Positions 23,701 through 35,098 of a stretch of 64,000 bases of DNA are shown here, piece by piece; the first letter of the stretch is position 1; each line of letters opens with the position of its first letter. Where the stretch lies: assembly GCA_905178155.1 (NCBI GenBank), contig CAJINV010000002.1, positions 3,725,838 to 3,789,837 of the forward strand. Reading direction: 5' to 3'. This DNA is from Amoebophrya sp. A120 (taxonomy: Eukaryota; Protista; Dinoflagellata). A model generated the notes under the pieces. The model saw only the letters and a list, made by a program, of their open reading frames with translations, ran no database searches and was not told the DNA's origin. The translations under genes were made by a program, and so were the position numbers.

Positions 23701-26700
23701 ACCTCCTGGTCGTGCACCTCCGACGACCGCGCTGCCCATATCCAGGCGGTGCATCAGCCGCATCTCGCGCCGCCGCTTCTGTTGCTGGTGCCGACGGTGG
23801 GTGGGGTGCATCGACAACATGTTCGGCTGGTCAGGCTGATATTAGACGAAGAAAACCAATTTGGCACCATGCGGTCGTCGCACAAGGAAATAAAGGAAAC
23901 AAGAATTTGAGTGCAATGAAAGTGTTCTACTTCGCAAGACAATGTCTTGTCTAAAAATGAAAATCGACAAAATCCTATAAGTACCTCCTCCAGCCCAGTC
24001 GCAACCGGGAGTCGGTCGTTCGGTAAATAGTGGTCCAGTGCGGACGCACGGGGCATTGAAGATGTCACGGTCCCTCTCCCCCCGGATAATTGCAAATAGT
24101 GGTGGTGTCGTCGTGCGTCAGTACAACTACTGGTAGCAGGACCCAGTTGCATACTACCAGCACTGTTGTTGTTGAACTCGGTTTGTTGTTCCTCCATCGG
24201 GATAAACTCGTCATTCGAAACGAGGTCGTCATCCTCCTCGTTGTCCTCTTTTTCCAAAATCGCCGACCTGTGAAAGCTGTTGTCGTTCTCCGAAGAGGAG
24301 CCCCCTGCAGCTCCACCACCGGATTGCAACAGGTGCTCGTCTTCGTCATAATCCTGTGCAACTCCAGACGCCATCGGGATCCGATCTTCATGAGTTGTTC
24401 CGGGGAATGAACCTGCCACTTCTGTCGCGCGGGGCACTGTTGAAAGTGAATAAACAAGATCATATGCTGAAGTAATTCGCAATGAATTATCGCTTCAACA
24501 ACAAACAAACCGAGCATGACAGAAACTCTTCTACTTGAACATACATACGCACAGTAAAGAAAAACGACAAAAACGTCGATTGTGTATCTATTGCAATACT
24601 GCTCGAGGAGCCCTCATCCACCCTTCCAGCACAGGCGTCATCCACACCAATCGGGCTGATTTCTCGGCTACTGGCGAAAGAACTGTCTCCGAGGACGGAG
24701 CTGGCCGCGTACCCACTGGCAATGTCCGCGCCATGCGCGATTGTGGTGTCGTTTTCGTTTCCGTAGCGGCCAAATTCGTCCGGTTGGTTCAATTGATCCA
24801 AGTTTGGCTCGAAGTCGTCATCGAAATTGTACTCTTGGTCCTCATCTTCCTCCTGCTGCTTGTGATTGTGATCCCCCTGCTCCCGTATCGCAGATTCAGT
24901 AGTGGTCTTAGCAGGTCCACCCGACGATGCAGTTGGATATGTACTACTAAAGGGATTCACTTGTGGGGGCCCGACGTCGGGCCTAGTAGTAGAAACTTTT
25001 TCATTGTGAAGACCCTTCGACGTCGCAGAATTTGTGTTCACCATCGTGGAGGGCCCAGCTGCACCACGGCTTAACAGGAGCTCCGGCAGAGATAATTGAT
25101 CGTTCCGCGATGAAGTAGGTTCTTGACAACTTCTACCGTGTAGTGGACCAGCACCACGTTCATCTTGTCGCGGGACCATACTTTGCGGATTTGCCCCCAC
25201 GACCTGCTTCCTCGCCTCCGCCGGGCGATCCGGTAGCTCCTCCACATTTTCTGCGAAAAGATTCCCGTTTTGGTCGAAATAGGGCAAAAATTTCACATAG
25301 AAAGAAGTTTTTTCAATTTGATCGCCACATAATTTATTTTTGCCAACATCAAGAAACGGCAAATCTTCGTCGGGTGAAACGTAAATCCGCGCGCCGTGAA
25401 ACAACACCTTCGTCAATTCGACCTGGATCTCTTTCAGGGCGTTGATTTTGGGGGTTGGTGATGAAGTACTTGTTGGCGCGGCAGAAGCAGCGGCAGTACT
25501 TATCCTGAGCAAAAACGTACCCACACCAGAGTCAAGATGGGGATTTTGCAACACAAACCTAGGAGTTTTGGGAGTCACGCATGACAAGTTGAGCGCTGCA
25601 GTGTAGTGCAGGTTAGCAAGTGCAGCCGCATCACAAATCCAGCTGCTCATCCTGTTCACAGCATAACAAATTCCAAAACACGATTGGAAATGGCTCTCAT
25701 AGGGATGCGCATTACAAGTCTTCCTGTCTTTGCAAATCTGCATTACAACTCTGGCGTGGGTACGTTTTTACTCAGGATAGTACTACCTTCTGTGTCGATC
25801 CGCCCCAACAGCAGCTCCTCAAAGTTCATCCCGTTGTACACCTTCACGCCCGGTCGCGCTTTTTGCAGCGTATGCACTGCAAAAGCATCGTACTAGTATA
25901 AATTACTTAAAAACTGCATTACAAATTAGCCCAGCTGCATTACAAATTGAATTTGTACTGCTGGTTTCCCTTGAGATTTGTAATGCATAAGTGCAATTAC
26001 TACGAGTACGATGCTTTTGCAATTCATACAGTAAGTGGTCGAACAATTCCGGCTGGAATTGGTAGATCTGTTGCACGACGGCAAAAGGGTAGAATCGCTT
26101 GTGCAGGATCTCCGTTGTTTTGCTTTCTGCAGCAGCAGTGTCCACCTGATCTTCGCCGTTGTTTCCTTCTACTTGTACTCCCGCAGTAGTAGATTGCGCC
26201 GGGACCCGCAGAACCTTCTCCACCACGGGGAGCAAATGCAGCCCGAACGCCTTCAGCTCCGCCCGTTTCTTACTTTTATCTCCTCGCGCTTTGTGGCTAT
26301 TGTTTCTCCGCGGACTTACGACTGCCTGCTTGTACACCTGGAAGCAGACCATACTGTGCACCGGGAGCTTGTACTCGCAACCGGTAATGTTCTCGAACTT
26401 TGCCTTATGACAGTGCACAACCCCCCCTCCGCCTCATTTGTAATATAGCATGGACAGCAATACAAACACCACGACACGTGGAGCCTATGCATGACAAATT
26501 TATGCAGCTGATGTAGTACTGTTTGGGCTTCCGGATGAATTTGTCATGCAAACAGTGCCACAGGGCAGCGACTGGATTTGGGGTTTTGCATGACAAATGA
26601 GGGGGGGGGACGAGGGGTGCACTCTCATACGCCTCCTTGATGCCGTACTTCTGCTCCAGCGCGGGGCAAAAAATTTTTCCGAATTGAAATTTGTTCGCGA

Positions 26701-27049
26701 AGCTATTCTGCTGTACGTAGGGATTGTTCTGCTGCAGGTGCTGGGGGTGCGGAGGCGTGTTTGGATCCTGGAGGCTGTGGTGGTCCTGGTGTTTGCAATC
26801 GATGATGGTTCCGAAGTAAAGCGTTGGCTCGGGGAGGTCAACCGGCATGATCAGCTCCGCCGGCGGGATAATGATGTTTTGCGGCGGAGGGGGGGGAGAA
26901 TTGTTGTGTCCTCTACAACTCCCGCTGATTGTACTCATCGGGTTCACCAGCTGCTGCTGGTGGTGGTGGTGCTGGTGCCCCGCATGGCTCGGCGGGTTGT
27001 GCCGAATGCTGCTCGGCGGGGGAAAAATTTGATGTGGCGGGGTCGACAT
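17750..27049 (-). CDS. Very large, mostly low-complexity hypothetical protein (possible N-terminal OB/cold-shock-like region, weak)
   Basis: Long minus-strand ORFs (19172-22165, 24487-25743 etc.) join in frame across 8 introners and GT-AG introns (19031-19215, 23836-23984); one junction near 24.5 kb is uncertain. Confidence 0.65.
18179..18447. mobile_element. Introner family A
   Basis: TIR; TSD GTGCT/GTGAT. Confidence 0.9.
22072..22333. mobile_element. Introner family A
   Basis: TIR; TSD CAGCG. Confidence 0.92.
22380..22540. mobile_element. Degenerate introner family B
   Basis: Eroded TIR; frame restored on removal plus 5 nt. Confidence 0.7.
23030..23340. mobile_element. Introner family D
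   Basis: TIR; TSD CAAAC; close match to 10035-10345. Confidence 0.92.
23387..23639. mobile_element. Introner family A
   Basis: TIR; TSD GAAAT/GAAAG. Confidence 0.9.
25501..25779. mobile_element. Introner family C
   Basis: TIR; TSD GTACT. Confidence 0.92.
25871..26028. mobile_element. Introner family B
   Basis: TIR; TSD CAGCG/CAGTA. Confidence 0.88.
26406..26629. mobile_element. Introner family G
   Basis: TIR TATGAxAGTGCAC; TSD TGCCT/CGCCT. Confidence 0.9.
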
Positions 27050-27319
27050 GATGGTCTGTTTGATTTTTGCGCCGTGACGCGAGTCCTCGTCTAGAGAACC
27101 TCTACGACCTCTTTCGTCCTCGTCCGCGATGGGAAATACACAGAGTTTGCTTCTGCAAACTGGGAATCGTTGGGGCCGGCACCTCCGGCAGGCGTTTTTA
27201 CTGGCTATCGCTTTTTCTTTGCGTTTCGCCAATCGATCTGCTTCCTAGTGGAGGTCCACGTACGGTCACGGCTATTCTTTTTGCCCGTAGAGATGTTCGC
27301 CGATGTAAGTAAATTTTGT

Positions 27320-28855
27320 GCGGACGAGTAAAACTGTCAACTCGTCACGAAGGTCGGAGGGAAATCGGCCTAGCAAATGTGTGGCTTCTGAAACGCGCTC
27401 AAAATGTCCACTACCATGGCCATGGGGTGCCAGGCTGCGATAGGGAGTGGCGCTTTCGAAGTGTTTCTTTTGCCTCCAGAGCCCACATCAAGAAACACAA
27501 AAAGAAGACGCGCAAATTGGACAAGTTCCCAGCTGCAAGCTGCCAGAAAAGGACTCAATTAGCGGCCAGGCACAAATGCGAGGGCCTAGGGCGGAAGGTC
27601 ACCGGGCCCCTCGGGCCAGACGGCAGCAAAAGGCGCAGCGGTCTTGTTCAACAAGTCTCGCCTGACAGGCTTTTTCAACAAGTTGGGGCCGCCAAGTTGC
27701 AGAAAAAGCTCCTCTTTTCGTTTCTTCGCAGCTATCGCAACAAAGAAGCCGGCTTGCACCCAACCGCGCCCCCAGCTGCGCGCCCAACAATAGCGAGGAA
27801 GCATCGCCCGAGCCAAAGAAGCCAAGTCAGACCAAGCGCGCGCACTTGCTCGCGGCAATCATTTGGAGGCCTTTTTCTGCAACTTCGGGCCGCCAAGTTT
27901 CAGGAAAAGGCCTCTTTTCCCTTTTCCGGGCGCTTCGTGCTCTCTCCCATGCCGGCCAGCCCCCGCCAGCAGGGCGGGGGCGCCGGTCTTGAGTACTTTC
28001 TGCAGCAAAACACACAGCGCGGCCTTTTTCTTCAACTTGGAGCTGCAAAAGTACAGAAAAAAGCCGTATTTTCTGTTGTTCAAAAAAGCAGAATGTCTGT
28101 GGCGCAAAAAAAGGCAGTCGAATTCGGGAAGAAAACGCGCAAAAAAATGAACACGCTCAGACAAGCAAAACGTCCAAAAAGTGACACGCAGTTGACACGC
28201 AATTGAGTCCAAAAAGTGACACGCAGTTGACACGCAAAGTGATACGCAAGTGACACGCAGTGCGTGTCACACTGCGTGTCACACTGCGTGTCACTTATGT
28301 ACCGCATTGCGTGTCACTGCGTGTCACCAGAATATAGTGCAAAAAGTGACACGCACTCAGTGCGTGTCACCGTATACCATCGGGGAAGACCAAAACCCAA
28401 CAGGCGTTGTCTCTCTCCTGCACGGTATGGTAGTGACACGCATCTAGTGCGTGTCAGTGCGTGTCACTTTTTGCACCTAAATCTGGTGACACGCACCGAC
28501 ACGCACTACCGAATCGCTGGTGGCGAGAATACAGGCGTGAAGAGTGACACGCACTTGACACGCAGTGAGTGCGTGTCACACAATACCGTCGGGGAAAGAT
28601 ATTTCCAAAACTTTGCAAAACCTCTTCCCGGTCTGTAAAAGTGACACGCACTGACACGCACTCACTGCGTGTCAATTTACAGAGCGGCTTGACAGTGCAG
28701 ACTCGTCAAAAACGAGATACAGGCTGTGTTTGGCGAGTGCGTATCAGTGTGCGTGTCACTCTGCGTGTCACTTTGCGTGTCAAAAAAAAGGCGTAGTGCG
28801 TATCACTCTGCGTGTCTGAAAGCGGACGAGTAAAACTGTCAACTCGTCACGAAGG
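27320..28855. mobile_element. 1.5-kb cassette bounded by identical 34-bp direct repeats
   Basis: GCGGACGAGTAAAACTGTCAACTCGTCACGAAGG at 27320-27353 and 28822-28855; mobility is inferred. Confidence 0.6.
28180..28817. repeat. Array of roughly 30 TGACACGCA 9-mers in both orientations
   Basis: Directly visible TGACACGCA/TGCGTGTCA copies. Confidence 0.92.
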
Positions 28856-30639
28856 GGGTTTAATGTCCCGCAGAATATTTTTACGCATAGAAGAGCAGCA
28901 GCTACTCGTAGTACTTACTTTATACACACAGCCAAAGCTGCTGGTGCTCGTCTCTCAAGAAGTGTGTGGTCGCGTGAAAAAATACATGAAAGACAGCTCA
29001 AAGCCTCCTCCGGAAAAGCAAAAATTGTTTTTTCTTTACTTGATGTCGTAAAACTTTTTGGACTCTGCAGAACTGCACTCTATACTTTCTCTCTCTTCCG
29101 TTCCAGATTTTCATAATAAATCTCTAATCCAAGAACTGCTACTGCTGTAGGTCCATTCATTTCTATAGTCGATTTTTGTCCTCTACTCCTGAAAGCAAAT
29201 GTATCTCGACGCTGCGCGGAAAGAATGACAAATGGAAAAGGGCCGACCACTGCGGACCGGCTCTAGTATGTGGCACAGCCCGGAAGGAGGTGATAAAGAT
29301 GATCTCAAAAGATGAAGAATCGTGAGATATGACGTGCTGGCACTAGCATCAAACTACCACACTGTAATTGTGCCACGATATTATCTCTCTCGTCGCGACC
29401 ACTCAGCGCTGCAACATGATTAGGTGCCTAGCGCTGCGAGTCAGCAATCGTTGATGCCAGCGGCCGCGGGGCGGTTTCTAGATTGACACGTATCTCGGGT
29501 GAAGAACGTTAACCTTTCTGTTTCTTCGCACTTACTTACAAATAGTACCTAAAGCTAAAACCTCTACTTCGCACAGCTAGCCGCTTTTGCGTCTCTCAGA
29601 TAAACCTTGTATCACTGCAGCTCTTTGTTCTTCCACCACCCATGAGCAGCTTTGTTCGTCTCAACAAATGTAATGATGTCTGTGGTGCCTAAATTCAAAG
29701 GATCTTCTCGTGTGCCATCTTCTCAGTTCGCTTTTCTCAAGGTGTGCAGCTCTTCATCTGCGCTGGTCTCAAAAAATGAACGTTTTGAAATAAATCACCG
29801 TCAGCACCAAAACTCTTTTGCGCTAGTATTATGCAGCAGCACATCAGAACCAGAAGTACAACCAGAGTTGTTCTTGTGCCAGGAAAAAAGCTTAAAAAAT
29901 GGATCTTGCTCTCGAGGTGAAATTCTTGACTCAGCTTGTTCGGCGCTTTCGCGACAGAGACGCCTCTTCATCCGCTCCAGGCAAAAACTTCTGTGTGCTG
30001 CTGGATAGTGCTCGATGTTTTCATCAATCGGTCTAACTGTCTTCAACTGGTGGATCATGCGCGGAAGCTGCGACCCCTTAATACTTGTTGAACAAGTTCA
30101 ACAGATACAGTTCAGCGCCGCAAAAGTTAGATCTTTCTGTTCTCGAGGAAGTGACTCATCTTATCAATGGATCAACGAGAGTACTAGCATCTAGCAGCAC
30201 TTCTACTTCTCTCTCTGTAGACATCGGTAGTTGTCGCGAGATGGAATCTCGTTTTCAGCAGCAGCCACGACCCTGAACATATTGCATCACTCGGCTCCTC
30301 GTCCTAAGTTAGCAGATTTAGGGCAGAACACATGTAGTTTCAAGCTTGTTGTCTTCTACAGGACGCCACTTTGCACTCTGTTGGCCGCTATTCTATACGC
30401 GACCCAGAGTTATTACGGCACGCACCTGGGTTACGGTTATCATTTCATTCAAATGCCTTCATTCAGAAGTTTCGGTCTGGATGTTCTTCATCATCTCTTT
30501 CATAAAAGCGTGTTCATTTTTTTTCTTGTCCGAGGCACAACAGTTGTGCCTTCTCTGATATTCTATCATCCCCAATAGAATAAACTCATCACCCAGATTA
30601 TCGGAGCTTGCTTGTCGTCGTGAAATTCTTTCAAGAACT

Positions 30640-32311
30640 CTAAAATGCCTCGGGAAACAGCTGCTGCAGCTGCGCTATCGTATCTTCCGGATCTTTCACC
30701 GTGTTCCCCTTCACCCGCTTATCCGAAAAGATTTCAAAATCGTTGCCGCCCTGGAACGTCTTGTCTCCGAAAAAGTAAATCTTCTCGTATTTGTCTTCGA
30801 GGTACTGCAGACAGAAGGTCTTGTCCCAGCCTAGTAAAAATTTCGGAAAATTGCTTGGCAGTTGTAGCCCGATCACGCCCTCATATGCATTGCAAACTCA
30901 ATCATATGTTCATGCAGAAACTACAGCAGGAAGATAGAATTATTCGTATTCCACCGAATTTTTTTCCCGAGTTGAACTTGAAGTTGTACTCTTTTACTAT
31001 GCAGCGTCTGTACTACTATCAAATCACATACCGTTCGGAAACACGTCGAAACTTATTTGTCCCCCGATGCTGTAAGTGAGGCCGAAATCCGCAAATTCCT
31101 TCTTCAGAGTTTCCACGAATTTCTTCCTTATGTCGTTTGCAAGACAGAACTTCTCAAACTCGTTGCGCTCTGTGGTGTTGTTGATTTCAAGAAAAAACCG
31201 TTAATCTCATTCGTTGTACTGGAGAGGCACATGGGGAAAGGATCATGTTTTGAATTTGACGTCATGCAGTAACGCAAACCTACTACTAATATGTTCACAC
31301 TTGGAGAACTCCCCTTACCTTCCCTGCTGCAATTCCTGCCTATCGGGCTGACGTTGAGCATCCCCGTTCTGAATTCAATGAATGTGCCCCGCTTCACGGG
31401 TAAATCCAGGTCCGCAATTATCCGCTGCAAATGTGTTCGGGTCTAGAAGGATGCAAACTTGTGATGCGGCCTCAGGATCCTACAAGTACAAAAATCTCTC
31501 TTGCATGAACATCACAAGGGGTCCATTTTGTGCTACGAGAAGAGGGCATTTTTATGCGCTATAAGCATCAGAAGCTCCTGCAGCATCTGTGATGTTGCTA
31601 GAGAATTATGCATCATCGGTTTTCGAAAATATGCATGACAAACCTGGCACTTCTCCAGACCTCCCAGACATATTTGCAATGCATAGCGATGTAGTGGAGG
31701 CAAAAGTTTATCAGCTTCTTCAGCTTTTCTTCGCCTAAGAATTCTGCGAACGATGTTTCCTTCATGGGTTTGCCGTTCTTGTACGCGACAACCCCGTTCT
31801 CTGCGAAGTTGTAATCGAACATTTGCAGAGTTGTCGGCCCGAGTTGCTTATCAACTGGAAAAATGTCTGGGTCTGGAAGAATGCAACTTGTGATGCTGTA
31901 TTTAGATTCCAAAAAAATGTGTATTGCATGAGTGGCAAACGGAATGCAATTTTTGCTACGCTGAGAAGGCATTTGTCATGCGGAATAGGCATCAAGAAGC
32001 CCTCAAAAAATCTGTATTGCTAGGGTATGCATCACAGACATCATGGCTCATGCAAAACGTGCGTGACACGTGTCGGAATCTTCCAGACCCAGACATTTTT
32101 ACAGTTGATATTGCTCTTTCTGCTTCGGCAAGTCACTCCCGCCAACCACGCCGATGTTGACTTTTTGTCTCAATTTCTTGAGCGTGGTCATCATCGGCGG
32201 CTCAATCGAGAGCCGCGGTTTTGTTAGGGTCCCGTCGACATCGAAGAGGACAATCGTGTCCGAGGGCGTTGTCACGTTTTCCTGATCTGCACCGTCCGTC
32301 ATTTTTGCCAT
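30640..32311 (-). CDS. PMM: Eukaryotic phosphomannomutase (HAD family)
   Basis: Motifs [71 protein letters not shown]; 2 introners and 2 GT-AG introns (30831-31031, 31170-31318). Confidence 0.97.
31419..31685. mobile_element. Introner family A in PMM
   Basis: TSD GCAAT/GCGAT; removal gives HYIADLD. Confidence 0.92.
31849..32110. mobile_element. Introner family A in PMM
   Basis: TSD TTGCT; removal gives KEQLG. Confidence 0.93.
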
Positions 32312-35098
32312 GACACTAGCAAGGCAGCTCTTGCTTGAAGATTTTATTCCCGAACTTCAGCGAGCTCCTGTGCGAGGAGTCTTGTTCTATTGGGTGGAAA
32401 TTGGTAGTGCTACTGCTGTTGGGGAACAAGCAACCGTAGCGGACTGACGTGCTTGGGCTGAGTACCCCCACGACACCGTCACGCGCTAAAAATCCTATTT
32501 CTAGCAGTAGTCCTTACGAAAGTGATGTAATTCCTTGTTTAGTTCAGTATCTGTGGATGTCTCTTTCTTCCTCTAGATCCTTCAAAGAGCTCCTTCTTCG
32601 GACAAAAAGATGGATCGGTGGATCATTCTGTAGGACAATCAGAAGGCCGGTCGTACGACCCGTGGAACTACACGGATAGACTTCTGTGGAGCATAAATGA
32701 ACAGAGACATGACAAAAAAAATTTTTGGAAAGATCAGACCTGGAGGATGGCTCGCGTGGCAAGAAGAACAACAGCTGACTACTAAAAAGCACAAAAAGTT
32801 CTACGCCGCGGCCCGCGCGTGGTTTATGTAAGCATTACACACTGCTCGCCGCCCTCCGTCTCGCTGCAAGGAACGATCTGTCTCCCGCTGCAACGGTCGG
32901 CGAGCCTGTTAAAAACTGGGGCGGCTGTATTACCGCGCACGCCCCTCCCACACCCGCCGCCGGCCGCACCCGCGTAGGGGCCGCCGGCGCCTCCGGAGGC
33001 GCCAAGCAACAAGAGGGGCGCCGCTATGCCGGCCGAATGCGGGGCGCCACGAAAAGGAAGGCCACGCCGCCCAAAAAAAACTGCCCCCCCGCCATGCTGG
33101 TGCGCGCTGGCGCGGCCTGCCTTAAGACACGGAGCGGCCCTGGAAGCCGGGGGAGCCGCCTTGCATGCCAAGCCCCCCGCCTAGCCGGCGAGGCTCCCCC
33201 GCTGCGGCGGGCCCATGGCCTAGCTGCTTTGCGGCTGGCTTGTCGGCATTTGTTGGCCAAACTGCTGGAAAGGATTTTGTTGCTGTTGGCGTGGGCGCTG
33301 GACCGGGCTGCCCTACTGCTGGATCTGGGGCGCCGCCCTTCTCTTCGCCTTTGCCACGGCAAGAACCTGCCGCGGCTCACTTCGTCGGGCTGCCCAGCAA
33401 AGTGGCTAGGGTGGCGCGATTTGGGCTGCCACGCTGGCCAAATGGCCAAGATGGGCGGGCGCCGGGCGGCCCCGGCCCATTGGCTTCGGCCACACCGAGC
33501 CCGGCCCAGGACGCGGGCGCGCCACCTGCGCGGCAGCTGGCGCAGCGCCCCGGGCGGTGCGCGGACTTCGCTGGGTCATATTCGGACGCGCCCCCGGCGT
33601 AATAGTCTGCGACAGGAACGCCAAGTCGTAGGATCTGGAAGAGTATCAAGACCGCCAATGGGTCGAGAATGGTCTTCGGGCGGTCAGTCTACATCTTCGA
33701 ACGCCGGTTCCTCCTGGCTCTTGCCCTGCGAGTCTACCATGTTCGCGAGCCGCCGGGCGCGTCAAGCGCCGCGCGCGCCCTCGCATGCGGGCCGCCTCCT
33801 TGCGGGGCTTTCGCTGGCGGCGTCGCCCGGCGGCCCGAGTGGGGGCCGTGGCTGGTCGGGTCGCGGCGAACAGGCAGGCAACGCCGCCCATTGGCCCGGC
33901 AAACACATGCCGCCCGGCCCCCCGCAGCAGGGGCGGCCGGCGGGCTTCCTTTGTTTCTGTCCGGCGCGACCCAAAATTTCGCCAGCGGGGTCGAGGGGGT
34001 GCCGAAGTCTGCGCCACTTCGCATATTTTGACGCAACCAGCGCCAGCACGATGGCGAGGCGCGCCGGCCCCCGCCCGTCGCTCTTGCGGCTGCCGTCCGG
34101 CTGCAGGAAGCACGGCCCGACTTGCTTGGATAGGTATTGAAGGCGCTCAGGGGCACAACATGAGGGCGCGGGCGGTTCAGCTTGAAGGCTCTAGCTACTT
34201 ACCGCGGGTGCCTTCCCAGGGCTCGGGCCGGCGGTTGTTATGAAGAGCCGCAAAGGCCGGCACGCAAACGAGGCGCGGGCCCAGTCGGCAGCCCATCCAC
34301 GTCGCCTTTTGCGCGACAGGGGCGCCCTTCCTCCCGTATCTCGTAACCCGAACGCGCCATTTCTCGGCGCCCTGCCGGCCCTGCTTCGCAGAATACTCGC
34401 AGGGGCGGCCTCTGTTTTGTTTTTGCGAGAAATGTGGGCGCCGCGAGCCCTATCAGTGCCTTGTGGACCGTTACGCCATTCCGAAGCCGCGCCGCTGTAC
34501 TCGCCGCAAATATGTTCTCCCGCTCCTTGCACACACGACTGCTCTCCGCAGAAACTAAAACTCAAACCACACACGGAGCTTTCGCGGTTCTGTACTATTT
34601 GCACCACGCCAAGCCGGTCCGTAGAATTGATAGTACATATTAGGTCGTATACAGTTTTTTCTTCATCGTTTGCGCATCAGCTTCAACACGCTTTTACTTT
34701 TTTCGTCTTGTACACATACAGGCTACTCTTACTTTTTTCAGTTTGCAAGCAAAATTCGACGCGTCGTGAGTAGTAATGCGGCGATACGTTGTAGAAAGCC
34801 GGCTAAAAATTTGCGATACATTTTTTCAAACATGATATCTGTCAGCAGTAGAAGCATATCGATTTCCGAGCCGCGGAGGCAAGTGTACATCATTGTCAAG
34901 AAGTGAAACTTAATTTGGTCGTGTAGAACATCTTTGATAAGATTTAGCAATTCTTACAGGCGAATAGATAAACTTCATAAACAATCCGAAATGAAGTTGA
35001 TAAAATTTTTCTCGGTATTAAGCGTTCTGTCTGATACTCATTTCTGATGGATGAACAACATCAGCATTTTCTCGTCCTCATCTGTCAACCTTTCCCTT

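Noticed and set aside
29000-30600. Possible small gene (ORF 29801-30058 minus)
   Set aside because: No recognisable motif and no supportable exon structure.
32800-34770. Long overlapping ORFs in the GC-rich tract (also 16198-17028 and 27316-28206)
   Set aside because: Open in many frames because of extreme GC. The products are Arg/Ala/Pro/Gly-rich with no recognisable domain and no introners, unlike the real genes here.
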